A stretch of 64,000 bases of DNA from the human T2T-CHM13v2.0 reference genome, Homo sapiens. Made by a program: the position numbers and the translations under genes. How positions within the stretch are numbered: position 1 is the stretch's first letter; every line of letters starts with the position of its first letter. This document shows, in pieces, positions 39,215 through 52,775 of this stretch. The DNA lies in the NCBI RefSeq assembly GCF_009914755.1, contig NC_060931.1; one strand, given 5' to 3'. Below the pieces are notes generated by a model. That model saw only the letters and a program-made list of their open reading frames with translations. It did no database searches and was not told the origin of the DNA.

Positions 39215-39766
39215 TTGCTCAATCAGGGCCCCCCAAAAACACCTCTTCCCAGGTTAGATGGTTTTTTTAGCAGTACTCATAGGACTAAACATACAGTTTT
39301 ACTCATGGCTACAATTTATTTCAGTGAAACTATGCAGAGCAAAAACTGCAAAGGGAAAAGGGTATGGGGTGTAATCTGGAGAAAACCCAGCCCAAGTTTT
39401 CAGAATCCTTTCCAGGTGGAATCACATAGGACATGCTTGATTACCCCAGGAATGAATTGTAATGTGTAAAATGTCATCTTCCAGGCAAGCTCATTAGAAA
39501 CGCAGTTCCCAGGGTTTTTTGGGAGGTTTGTCATATAAGCAACCTTTGCCTAGCATTTCCGACTTCCAAAATGAAAGTAGATGGTTAGCATAAATCATAT
39601 TGTTTGCTCAATCAGTTTATGCACAGTGAGATACTTTTATCAGGGAGGGTTGTGAGAATCTTCCCCAAATTTAAGTTCCCAGATGCCAGTTGAGGGTCAA
39701 CCTTGCAAGCAGGTGTCTCTAAGGATAACAGTCTCAGTCCTGCTATATTAACTCTCTTTTTTCACA
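39215..39766 (-). mobile_element. MER68 (ERVL) LTR
   Basis: Minus strand starts TGTGAAAAAAGAGAGTTAATATAGCAGGACTGAGACTG; 'gcaaggttgaccctcaactggcatctgggaact'. Confidence 0.8.
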
Positions 39767-40372
39767 GTGCCAAAGTAGAGAGATGGAGTCAAAGATCTAT
39801 CCAGGGTCTACTTGGCCAAGTAGTTTTGGCTTTTACCTTGAGTAATATGGGAGACCACTGGAGGGTTTTGAGTAAAGAAATGACACGACCAAACTTTGTT
39901 AAAAAGATTACTCTGGCCGCTGTGCTGGGGATATATTGTAAGGGGCAACGGTGTAAGATGAGACCAGTTCAGAAGCTAAAGTACTGAAATGATGATGACA
40001 CAGATCAAAGTGATAATTTGGACATAGTGAGATGTAGTCCAAATGTAGATATATTTTGAAGATAAGGCCAAATTTTGCTGATGGATTGAATATGAGGTAC
40101 AATATAAAAAGAGGAGTCAGGAATTATGCCATGATTTTTGGTGTGTACAACTGGAAGAATAAAATTGTCATTTACATAATGGAGATGAGCACCAGTACAG
40201 CACATTTTGGATGGATACTTGGGAGTTTAGCTTTGAATAGTATAAGATGCTTTTTAGATATGTATACAGGTACCAAGTAGGCAGTTGGAATAAAAGTATG
40301 GGATTCAGGGAAAATTTCTAGCAGGAGGTATAAGTTTGGGAGTTATGAGCCAACAGAAAATATTTAAAGCCA

Positions 40373-40670
<298 letters not shown>

Positions 40671-40734
40671 AAATTTTAAAGCCATGAAATTAGATGAGAT
40701 AACAAAGTGAGTAAGTGTAGATACAAGAAAGAAC

Positions 40735-41161
40735 TGATGTGGTTTAGATCTGTGTTCCTGCCCAAATCTCATGTTAAATTGTAATTCTTCATGTTGGAGG
40801 TGGGGCGTGGTGGGAGGTGATTAGATCACAGGAGTGGATTTCTCAGGAATTTTTAGCATCATCCCCCTTGGTATTGTCCTCACAATACTGAATGAGTTCT
40901 CATGAGATCTGATTATTTAAAGGCAGGTAACACGTCCTCTCTGGCTCTCTTGTTCCTGCTCTGGCCATGTGATGTGTCTGCTCCCCTCTTTGCCTTCTGC
41001 TATGACTGTCAGTTTTCTGAGGCCTCCCCAGAAGCTAAGTAGATGCCACCACCATGCTTCCTGTACAGCCTGCAGAAATGTAAGCCAATTAAACTTCTTT
41101 TCTTGATTAATTACCCAGTATTAGGTATTTCTTTGTAGCAGTATGAGAAGGGACTAATGCA
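40735..41161 (+). mobile_element. MSTA-like MaLR solo LTR
   Basis: TGATGTGGTTTAGATCTGTG...GGACTAATGCA; TSD AGAAC/AGTAC. Confidence 0.88.
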
Positions 41162-43309
41162 AGTACCAAGAATCCAGCCACGGACATCTTTGTTTCGAAG
41201 CCAGAGAGACTGGCAGTGGAGATTGAGAAGGAAATGTCTGTGAGGGAGGAGGTCAACCAAGAGAATGTGGTTTTGGAAGACAAGTGAAAGAAATGTTTTT
41301 AGGAGGAAGAAATGCTCAACCCTATCAAATGCCAATAAGTCAAGTGAACAAAAATAGAATAACCATTAGATTTTTTCAAACTGGAGGTAACCTGAGAGGA
41401 AATGACCTTGAGAGGGGCAGCTTTGCTGGGTGTCTGTGAGTTTTACGTAGTTACTAGGAACAGAGGCTCACTCTAGCTGCTTAAGTAAAAGCACCAAGAA
41501 CAAAAACAGCTCCAGGGACTAGATTCCACGTGGGCCTCAAAGATTTCCATCTTCCTTATGACTTTGGATTGCTACAGCTCATTTGGTACAGAATCTACAG
41601 CTGGACGTCATGGGATGCAATCTTTTGGCTTGTGCTCTTATTGCTAACTTCCTCACTATCCTGGTTTTCGATTCCAGATTTCTAAAAAAAAAACCTATTT
41701 TTTCACTCAATTGTTCATACCACCCTATATGGCTCTTAAGATATAAGTCACTACCAGCCTATAGAATGGCTTATTTTGAATTAGGTTTCCATCCCTCTGT
41801 GGTCACCTATAATTTATTGGGGGTGATGAGAATTGGGGGTGATAGAAAATATGGACATAGGCAAATGATGTGCTTTTACATCTATTGAGAAAATGAAAAT
41901 TCAGGGGCATTTTTGAACTTCATCAATCTGCTAATACTTCATCTTCTTGTGAGCTGTGCTGTTGGATGGAATAACTTTATTCTTAATTCTTGCCCTGCCA
42001 CCACAATGACTCTGGAATTATAGGGTTACTATTTATTCATTGATGAATGCTATTTGGCTCTGTCCATCTAATCCTAAATTGTCTCTGGTTGCCACATTTT
42101 TGTGTCACATATATTTGCTCAGATGTAGTTGCAGCAGATCGTGGAGGATGATGTCTCTCTCTAGATTAATGGAGAGTATGGTTTCTCTACTGCCATTTGT
42201 CCCACTTAATACAGGAGAGGAATGAATTCCACCCTGCAAATATGTATATATATTTAGAGTGTTTCTTTACTCTTGCTTGTGTTGTACCAAATTGGCCAAA
42301 TTACTTTTTAGTCAAGTTTTTATTGTGTTTATCTTCTAAATTTAAGGACTATGTTAAAGAAAGAAAAAAATGCATACAACTTTATGAGAAAAAAAGCAGA
42401 TGTCTATTTTTAAAAAATTCTATATGAACACAGAAATACACATGGACAATTTGTTGGGATCACTTTTAAATAAATGTGTAATTCAGTTAGTGATTGGAAG
42501 AGACTTAAAAACTAACATTACACATTTATATCTAATGTTAAATCATAATAAAATTTTTAAGTTTTAGAAGCTCTTTAGAAACTATTTTTATTAGTTACAT
42601 TTATAAATGTTAGCTTTGATTATCTGGACCACTTCTCATACCTTCATTATTGGATTTTAACTTACTATGTTGTAAGTCTTCTTCTAAATTGTAACCTTTA
42701 ATTATCACTGGAACATTGATTTCTTGAAGCCTCTGGGCTACCAGTGACCTTTACATTTAAAAGATAAATTTCTTTACCTTCTAAGAAGAAGGTAATAGAG
42801 AAGAATATTAAACCACAAGAGAGAAACATCAATTTGTTGCTTCTATATTAAATACAAATTCAGCAAGTACTAAGTTAGTTGTGATGCATCATATATCATT
42901 GTTATTTTATACAATTGGCTGCTACTTATTTAACCCAGTAATGTTCAAAGAAGGGGAAGGCCTTCAACACAGATATTGTCTAACACTATTTTTTTAAAAA
43001 AATCCTCAAGCTGAAAGATTCTTTACTTTTAAGAAAGGGATACAAAAATTTAAGCATGAACACTGGATGTTTTGGTTAGAATAGATCTTTGTATGTTGTC
43101 TAAACAAAGGAGCAAGAGGAATAATTATCTGGTAAATTGGAAAAGATATGCAGTCTACGTGAATTACCTAAATTCTCAAACGAATGTGACTGTTTCCATT
43201 TAAAGATTGATCACAAAATTTTGCATTTTTCAATAGACTAAGTTCTGGACTTGAGGAAGATATCACCTATCCAAACAATTACAAAGGGTACAGACAAGGT
43301 ACCTTTATA

Positions 43310-43505
43310 GAATTATAGAACTCACAAATTGTGGTGTGGAAAAGGATTTTGGAGAGCATCTACTTATTCAACCTTCTTATTTCATCAGGTGAAGAAATGT
43401 GTCCCTGACAAGTTCTGTGGAGTCCCTGTCTTATAAATTAAGCGGCAGAGAAAGATCCACAACTTAATTGATCTTTCGATTCTCAATCCAGTGCTGTTTA
43501 CTATA
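43310..43505 (-). mobile_element. MIR3/MIRc-like SINE
   Basis: 'ggaaaaggattttggagagcatctac...caggtgaagaaa...tctcaatccagtgctgtt'. Confidence 0.55.
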
Positions 43506-44380
43506 GAGACAGGCTCTTGCTAAGGTTTGAAAAGAAAGCTTTAGGTTGAATTTTTAAAAGCTCTATTTTCTACCTTAGAAAGTAGTCATTTGATTCCCAG
43601 TAAATGCATGCAGATATAGAATGATAAAAAGAAAGATAAACAGAACTCTAAATTTAAAATGCTTGTGAGACGGTGAAAATTTAACATTAACTGCATATTT
43701 GTTGATATTATGGAATTAATATAAATGTACTTTAAGGATAATAATGGAATTGTGGCATTAACAAAAGTCGTAATAGAGAATATACTGAAATATTCACAGA
43801 GAAAATAAAAAATAAATATGTACATTCTAAAGGTGCTCAAGAGAAAGTTTGGCAGGACAGAAGCATACTGCTTGACTGAGAAGTTGGCAGTGAAGAGCTG
43901 TGTGCCTACAGTATAGTCAGAGCCTCAAGGGAAGCCACTACCTTGGGGGGCTTAGCAAGACACCAGGTCTGGTACTCAGTTTTCCTTGTTCAGAAAGTTA
44001 TTTTTATTTATCAGACTCTGGGGAATTGATTGAAACTATCCAAGCTTACCAGTTTATTAATTCATAGTGGGGAACTTCATTTCCTATGGTAGGAATAATT
44101 ATATCTGCTACTCAGGACATTACCTTTGAAATATCAAAGTACCTGGGAAACTGAATGGGAAATCAAAGTTTCCTAACAAGCATGACACCAGAGCCAAAGG
44201 AGTTGAATAGATTGTGGGATGTTTCATTCATAAGTAGAACTGCCTGGAGACTTGCTTTTGCTCACTCTATATCTTTCCTTTCTAAAAAAGGACTTCTTTT
44301 GTAAGGGCGCTTTCTCCTTAAGAGGCCCATGAAAATGAATTTTCTCCAACTTCTTCTTGATCTTCAAGAATGTTATGACT

Positions 44381-44675
<295 letters not shown>

Positions 44676-44856
44676 AGAATGTCACATGCTGGACAAGTTT
44701 CATGCAAAAATTTCAAGGTTACATTAGACTGGTCTTCCATAACGTAATACTTAGTCATGTAACTTGGATTTGGTGGATCCCTTAGTCTCATCATCAACAA
44801 CTTTATAAAACTATCTTTCTTATCCTGGTCTCTCCAACGCCTGACGTGCAGGAAAT

Positions 44857-45151
44857 CAGAGGTCAGCAAACAGGGGCCATGCTAACTCTAGGCAGAGACT
44901 GCTTTGTACTGCCTGCAAACTAAGAATGGCTTTTATATTTTGAAATGTTTGAAAATAATCCATAAAAAAGGATATTACATAATAAGTGCAAATGATGTGA
45001 AGTTCAAATTTCAGTGTCCATAAAGTTTTATTGGAATGCATTTAGCACAGTTATTTATGACAGAGTTGAGGAGTTGCAGCAGAGACTACATGGTTTTCAC
45101 AGTCTAAATATTTACTATCTGGTCCTTTACAGAAAAGGTTTGCTGACCTTG
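44857..45151 (+). mobile_element. MER58B (hAT-Charlie)
   Basis: CAGAGGTCAGCAAAC ... GTTTGCTGACCTTG TIRs; 'aactaagaatgg', 'cataaagttttattggaa'. Confidence 0.85.
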
Positions 45152-45759
45152 AAGTAGATAATTAATATTTCTTTAATACATTAAAACCTCTTTGTGAGTG
45201 GCTAATCTCAGTAGATGTTGGTTCACAATTTCTAATTATAGAGGATGGATGTTATATTCCCAATATCTGAAAGATGGTATTATTTACTTTACTCACTTAT
45301 TCATTTAATCACTTAATTGTCATCAAATTCTTACTCCATACAATTATGGCTTATTGTCTCAACTAGAGAAATTAAAATGGTCAAATTTAGGTCTAAATTT
45401 TAGAGGCAATGACATAAAGGAAAATCTTGCCTTTTGCAAATAATTTTGAATGAGACTTTGAAAGGCGTCATAAGGCAGGATAGACCACAGGTTTGATGCA
45501 TTTGTTTTAAATCTTAGCTGATTGGCTGTTTACAGTTCCTAAAGTAATGAATAAGTTTATATAGACCTGCTGTGCTAACAATGCCTACTCCTTTATATTT
45601 CATTAGTAAGATTAGTGATAGAGTTAAGAGGAAATTGGAAAGAGAGGTATGTCTGAATCTCTGGCAAATCACAATTACATGACTCAGCCAAGTCCATAAT
45701 CCTCTGACAAAGCCCCATCAACACTGAAAATCAGTTGAGGTAATACATGTTTAGTGCTC

Positions 45760-46404
45760 CTGAAGCCTTCTTCTCTCAACTCATCAAAGTCATTCTCCGT
45801 CCAGCTTTGTTTTGTTGCTGGTGAGGAGTTGTGTTCCTTTGGAGGGGGAGAGGCGCTCTGATTTTTAGAAATTTCAGCTTTTCTGCTCTGTTTTTTCCCC
45901 ATCTTTGTGGTTTTATCTATCTTTGGTCTTTGATGATTGTGACATACAGATGGGGTTTTGGTGTGGATGTCCTTTCTGTTTGTTAGTTTTCCTTCCAACA
46001 GTCAGGACCCTCAGCTGCAGGTCTGTTGGAGTTTGCTGGAGGTCCACTCCAGACCCTGTTTGCCTGGTTATCAGCAGCAGAGGCTGTAGAACAGCGAATA
46101 TTGCTGAACAGCAAATGTTGCTGACCGATCATTCCTCTGGAAGCTTCATCTCAGAGGGGTACCTGGCTGTGTGGGGTGTCAGTCTGCCCCTACTGGGGGG
46201 TGCCTCCCAGTTATGCTACTCAGGGGTCAGGGACCCACTTGAGGAGGCAGTCTGTCCATTCTTAGATCTCAAACTCTGTGCTGGGAGAACCACTACTCTC
46301 TTCAAAGCTGTCAGACAGGGACATTTAAGTCTGCAGAGGTTTCTGCTGCCCTTTGTTTGGCTATGCCCTGCCCCCAGAGGTGGAGTCTACAGAGGCAGGC
46401 AGGC
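45760..46404 (-). mobile_element. Isolated L1PA5-7-like 5'UTR/ORF1-start fragment
   Basis: ORF1 start MGKKQSRKAEISKNQSASPPPKE (ATG at 45902, minus strand) plus ~500 bp of 5'UTR; no poly(A) and no TSD seen. Confidence 0.92.
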
Positions 46405-46576
46405 AAAGTAACTGGAGTAGTTTATCAATGCATTTGGTTTCTTGCATTGAAAAGAAACTTTTTATTATTATACCTGTTCTCTGTCCTTTTATCTAGAAGA
46501 TCAAATATACTTGAGTACATTTTCTTTAGGGAAATACTCTAATCTTGCATTTATTTTCAGTTCTCAGAACTCTCAG

Positions 46577-46955
46577 TGATATGGTTTGGATTTGTGTCCT
46601 CACTCAAATCTCCCGTCAAATTATAATTATAATTCCCATCGTTAGAGGAGGGGCCTGGTGAGAGGTGATTGGATCAAGGGGGCGATTTCCCCCTTTCTGT
46701 TCTCATTATATGAGTGAGTTCTCACAGATCTAGTTGTTTAAAAGTGTGTAGCACCTCCCGCTTCTCTCTCTTCCTCCTTCTCCAGCAATGTAAGACGTGG
46801 CTGCTTCCCCTTTGCCTTCTGCTATGACTGTAACTTTCCTAATTCCTCTCCAGCCATGTTTCCTGTACAGCTTGTGAGTTAATTAAACCTCTTTTCTTTA
46901 TAAATTACCCAGTCTCAGGTACTTCTTTATAGCAATTTAAGAACAGGCTAATACA
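46577..46955 (+). mobile_element. THE1D/MST-type MaLR solo LTR
   Basis: TGATATGGTTTGGA...GGCTAATACA; TSD CTCAG/CCCAG. Confidence 0.9.
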
Positions 46956-47010
46956 CCCAGTTACCAAATCTATGCTTCCTAGATTTGGAATCTTTATAAA
47001 CACATGTTTT

Positions 47011-47315
47011 AACCAGACAAAGTGACTCACACCCATAATTCCAGCAACTCAGGAGGCTGAGGCAGGAGGATAGCTTGATCCCAAGAATTTGAGACTACCT
47101 TGGGAAACGTAGCAAGACATTTTCTCTAAAAATATATTAAAAACTTAGCCAGACATGGTGGTGCATACTTTTAGTCCCAGCTACTCAGGAGGCAGAGGTG
47201 GGAGCATTGCTTGGGCCCAGGAGGTTGAGGCTGCAGTGAACTATGATGGTGCCATTATACTTCAGCCTGGGTGACAAAGCAAGATCTCAAGTCAAATAAG
47301 TAAATACATAAATAC
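47011..47315 (+). mobile_element. AluJ
   Basis: Diverged dimer; TSD AAACAC(A/T)TGTTTT at 46998 and 47316. Confidence 0.92.
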
Positions 47316-47369
47316 AAACACTTGTTTTTCAAACTGAAGATTGAGAGGCTGACTTCATGTCTGGGAATC

Positions 47370-48505
47370 ACACTTTAACCTCATCCAGTCCTTAGAGCAG
47401 CTCCAGCTGGACTATTTTTTTCTTTCTCAAACCAGGTCATAGTTTTTTTTTTTTTTTTTTTTTTTTTCTCAAGACTTTGTGATGGTTTCCCATTACACTT
47501 ATAATAAAATATAAATGTCCAACCTTGGCCTACAAGTGGCAGCATGACCTGGCCCTGCCTGTGTGCCAGTCTCATGCTCTCTCTTCAATCCCATGTCAGT
47601 CACCCTGGTCTTTTGAACATGGCAAGCCCTTTCCAGCCACCGGGCTATGGTGCTCACTGCTCCCTCTGCTTGAAGTACTCTTTCATTATTCTTCTCATTG
47701 CTTCTGCTTATGATTTAGGTTGGAACTTAAATGCCATCTCTTCATGGAATGGATGCCTTTTATTCACCCCTACCTAAGGTAAGATGGCAGGGTTTTCTTT
47801 CTTCAACTGTCAAAGAAAAAATGCCCTGGACAAATATGCTAAACAAGGAAGACTTATTTAAGACTATTGCAATAGAGGAGACAGACTGAACGCAACACCA
47901 CTGAAACAAAAATCCAGAGAGTGTTTAAGCACTGAGGTGAGCTAGTGGAAAAGTCCTATAGAATGTTGAGGGGGAGGTTCTCAATGTGATTAGATCATCT
48001 ATGTTTACTAATTGGTTAAGTTAGGCTCCTACCCTCCCATAGAGACTGGGAAATAGGAGACCTACCATCCTTGATTATTACATTTCAAAGCTTTGCCCCA
48101 GGTCCTTCAGAAAGACATTCCTGGGTGGTAAACTGTCAAAAGGCTGGGGGAAGATTGCATCTCAAAGAAGTAGAGAAGGTAATTACAATGGCAAGTTTTC
48201 TCAAGTAAATGCTCTAAGGAAAGGGAGGGAGGGGACCTATAATCAGGCAGAAACCCGTGTAAAGTTCAGGCAAGCTGAGGAAAATCTTAAGGTGATATTG
48301 GCCACCATTATGCTTCATCACAGCATTCCACTTATTTCCTTCATAACATTTATAAAAGTAGTTATTACTTAATTTGTTAAACTGTGCATTCTGTCTGCTC
48401 CACTAGAATATAAGTGGCATGAGAGAGGGCACTGTGGCTGCCTTATTCTTTGTTATACCTTCAGTCCTATGGCAGTGCCTAGAACATGTTAACTGAATGA
48501 ATATG
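47370..48505 (+). mobile_element. L2 3' region, interrupted by a MER31 LTR
   Basis: 'gatggtttcccattacactt...ttggcctacaag', 'ctccactagaat...cagtgcctagaaca...tgaatgaat'. Confidence 0.75.
47808..48304 (-). mobile_element. MER31 (ERV1) solo LTR
   Basis: 'ttaggctcctaccctcccatagagactggga', 'gaaagacattcctggg', 'aagtaaatgctctaagg', 'caagctgagg'. Confidence 0.8.
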
Positions 48506-50089
48506 TGATTGGGTGTGAACACAGAGGTAAGTGGGTCTTGGAGAGATATTCCAAGCATACTGATGATACTAGCAACTGGGTCAATGACTGTATTTTTTAC
48601 TCTGTAAGTGCCTATGGACACACATGGTATAAAAATACTGAACTTGTGAATTGGTGACTACTAATTGTAAGTGCTTTAAATTAAAACCAATGTATGAGTA
48701 TTAAACCATATTCAATGGGAAGGGTAATATGATAGTATGTTTAATTAGTTCATATTATTCTTTTGTGTGTGCCCTATATTCTTCCGTGGCAGAATTGCTG
48801 CTAAAGTGAGACCTTGTACATTTGTGTTTGTATTCATGGTAAACATGTGCCCATTCCAAGACTCGGAGAATATTAACATAATCAAATACAGTTAAGAAAG
48901 TTTCACTCTACAGAGACATAATATCAGAATAAGACCCCTAAAAAAACTTGGGCACCCTCCAGATTCATGAAATTACCAAGGCATGGGTGTGACTTTCATA
49001 ATTAAACTAACTAAATTACAACATCCAAGTTGTAATATATTCATTTTATGCAAATGCATCAGTAAAAAGCAAAATGCTACAGTACTGGAAAATCATGTTT
49101 TTCATGAAAAACAAGGATGACTCATTAGGCATGCATCCCACAAGGTCTGTTCTGTATTCAGAGAGCCAAGAAAATATAGATCACATCTCATTTCTGAAAA
49201 ATTTATTTTATTAGAAACACTGGTTCTGGATGACTGACTTTGAAAGCTGAGATAATCAATCAGAATATGATGACATCTTTTGCTTAAGGTTAATTGTACT
49301 CTCAATTGCCTTTAAAATATCATGATTTTATGGTAATGAGGGAAAGCTAATGTTCGAAAATTCAGATCACTTACAGTGAAGTTTTTAACAAGAAGTATGA
49401 TGCCAGTAAAGAATGAGATGTTCTTTTAAATTAAATAATTTACACGTATCATATTTTGTTTCCTTAAACACATAGTATGTTTGATTGGGAAGTGGAGGAC
49501 AACTTTTAAGATCTCAAAATCCTTAATTTAAAAAAAAATTGACAACTTACAGATAGGTATATTCAATTATATTTTGACCTGTGAAGATTTTTTCCTTTAA
49601 TTATCTAAACACACGCAAATGCCTGGCTACTCTAGACTATTTATTTATTTATTTATTTTTCTTTAAACATACTTGCCAATGGTCTCACCGTCTCCGTTAA
49701 TTTCGAGAACCATCTGGAAATATATTTTTGCTTGTGTTCTTATAAGAATCACAAACCCACTGTCAGTAAGATAGATCAAAATATGAAGGATAGGAATCCT
49801 GGCACTGGGGAGTAAGGCTATTTGTTCTGCAGGGTCTCCTTAGGACATGATATGAAAGAGTTGAACTGAATTAATGGGATATGTGGGAAGTTAAGTAGCA
49901 GATACTATGTGGAAATCAAGGTAGGTGACTGGCATGGAGAAAGTCGAATGGAGGGTGGTTGTAGAAGGCCAGGGATGGAGGCAGGAACTTTTACCTTATT
50001 GGTCCAGATTCTAGTCCTCATTCAACAAATGTGCAGTATGCAAGCTGAAAGATACTGAATTCTTTTCATATATTCTATATTTGGGTAAT

Positions 50090-50983
50090 TGCTATAAATT
50101 CAATTACATCTTATGCTGGTGACCCCAAATGTTCCACCCAGGCTAAATTTCCTCCCTGCTCCAAACCAGCCTATGCAACTGTTTGCTTGACATCTGCGCT
50201 TGGATGGCTCACATGTTTGTCAAATTACTATAATGGAACTCTTGACTTCTTTCCACTCTACCCTCCCCAACCTGTACCCATCTGTTCCTTCTACTACCAC
50301 AAAAATGTTCTAAATTTTAGAACATCTCTATGTTCTAAATAGTTGCTCAGCCTGAAACTCATCTTGGATTCCTTACTCTTTCTGTCAATGCTTATATTCA
50401 GGCCTTCAGGACACTCTGGGAAGCTAATGGCTAAAATATATCTTGGATTTAACTTTTTCTCTCCATCTCTGTTATTTACCTCTTGGTTCAAGAATTTAAC
50501 ATTTGTCTTTGGGATATTTTAAAAAACCTCCTAAATCTGCCTCCCATACAAGTCTATTCCTCATACAAAAGTGCTCTTCTCAAAATCCAAATTGGATAAT
50601 GTCACTTTCATGCCTATAATACTGCAATGGTCTTCCATTGTTCTTGGAATAAAATCCAAATTTCTTACCGTGACTTCCAAGACTGTCTACCTCCCCACCC
50701 TATCCCATGCCCTGCTCTCTTCACTCCCCTTGTTCATATTCACTGGCATTTAATTACATAAGCACATCAAGTTTTATCTTGTTCAGAGCCTTTGCACATG
50801 CTCTTTCTTCTGCTTAGATGCCCCCTGCCACCCACATGCACACACCTTTTGCATAGACAGTTCTTTCTCTTTCTTCAAATCTCAATTTAGATTATTCCTT
50901 CTCAGAGAGACTTGCCTTGATTATACTACCTAAAGAAGTCGCTCCTTTGCTCTGCTCCTTTGCAATTCCTCATTTCCTCATCT

Positions 50984-51014
<31 letters not shown>

Positions 51015-51520
51015 GACAGAGTCTTGCTCTGTCACCTGTCACCTAGCCTGGAGTGCAACTCAGTCTCCTGAATTCATGTGATCCTCCTGAACTCATGTGA
51101 TCCTCCTGCCTCACTTTCCTGAGTAACTAGACTAAAAGTGTGTGCTATCATATCCAGCTAGTGTTTTTTTTTCTTTCACCTTTTGTAGAGACAGAGTCTT
51201 GCTATGTTGCCCAAACTGGTCTCAATCTCTTGGCCTCCAGCAATCTGCCTGCCTCAGCCTCCTAAAAGATTGGGATTGCAGGCATAAGCCACCAAGCCAC
51301 CACTCCAGGCCTTTTTTTTTTTTAATCATACAAATTATTGTAATTCAAAATAATTCAATGTTGTTCTTTATTTTTCTTTCTTTTTTTTTTTGTTTATTCC
51401 TTGTAGAATGTAATCTTCAGCAGGCCAGAGATCTTTCTGGTCTTATTAGACATTCCATCGTCCCTACCTAGCAGAGGGTCTGGCAAATAATAGATGCTTC
51501 ATAAGTATTTTATAAGTAAA
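50090..51520 (+). mobile_element. L2 LINE, interrupted by AluJ
   Basis: 'acatcttatgctggtgaccccaaat', 'agagcctttgcacatgct', terminal 'ctggcaaataatagatgcttcataagtatt'. Confidence 0.82.
50986..51311 (-). mobile_element. AluJ with internal micro-duplications
   Basis: Poly-T, then 'gacagagtcttgctctgtcacc'; 'gtagagacagagtcttgctatgttgccca'. Confidence 0.9.
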
Positions 51521-52145
51521 TGACTCTTGGGAATACAGAGAGGAATAAGTTATGGCCCCTGTCTTCAAGCTTCCACTGCTGGGTGAGAGAGGAACCCTAG
51601 AAAAGGGACTATCCACAATTGCTATTGCTGAATAGGGGCCTACACAAAGTTCTATGGATGACAAAGGAACCTAAAGTGTGTAGAAGGAGGGAGTGCATGG
51701 AAAAATATGGAGAAATTAGGAATGCTTCACCCATGAGCTGATATTTTAATAGGAAAGAAAGTTCTCTTTGACTGAGATTCAGTCTTTAAGAGGAATCAGG
51801 GATACCCTCCCCTTCCTGGCTCCTCACCCTTCCTTCGGTCCTGGGAATATATATGAGTAGGTGGTGAAATCTACAGGGATGGACTACAGGGATTAGTCCT
51901 TGTTGTTCTAAACTCTCTTCCATAATTATTATCTAATACTCCTTGCCTTTAGAAATTTCCTAATGAGGGCAGCTGTTATTTCTAATTTAATTAAATTATT
52001 CCCTTCTGAAAACGTCACATTTGGTTTTCCTTCCTGTCTCAGAAAGAACATTCTTTCAAATGTTTTTCAGGTCCACTAATTGTGGACTCATACATTTTCT
52101 TCTACTTGGAAAATCAGGTATAAAACTCAGTCTAGTCCCTTAAGA

Positions 52146-52186
52146 TCCTTCCTTCCTTCCTTCTTTCCTTCCTTCCTTCCTTCCTC
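52146..52186. repeat. (CCTT)n microsatellite
   Basis: 'ccttccttccttccttctttccttccttccttccttcct'. Confidence 0.9.
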
Positions 52187-52431
52187 TCCCATTCTCTGTC
52201 TCTCACCTTTTCTCTCACTCTCTCTTCCTCAGTCTTTCTGCTAATATATTTTACAAACATTAACATTTGTTGTAAGAACTTGTATAGAATCTTTCTCACC
52301 ACTCCAACTGCCTGTCCATTTCCCCAAAATGGTCTGAATATATATTAAAGATCTTTTTCCCACTTAAACATATCAGTATCCTTTTTAAACATTTTAAGTT
52401 GTTTTTGGCATTAAATTCAAGTACCTGATTA

Positions 52432-52775
<344 letters not shown>

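Noticed and set aside
45905-46411. 168-aa + strand ORF
   Set aside because: Antisense reading of the L1 5'UTR; it is not ORF0, whose ATG lies beyond the fragment end.
51460-51600. Tail-to-tail L2 fragments as a miR-28/151-type hairpin
   Set aside because: The antisense piece lacks the terminal segment, so no extended complementarity is visible.
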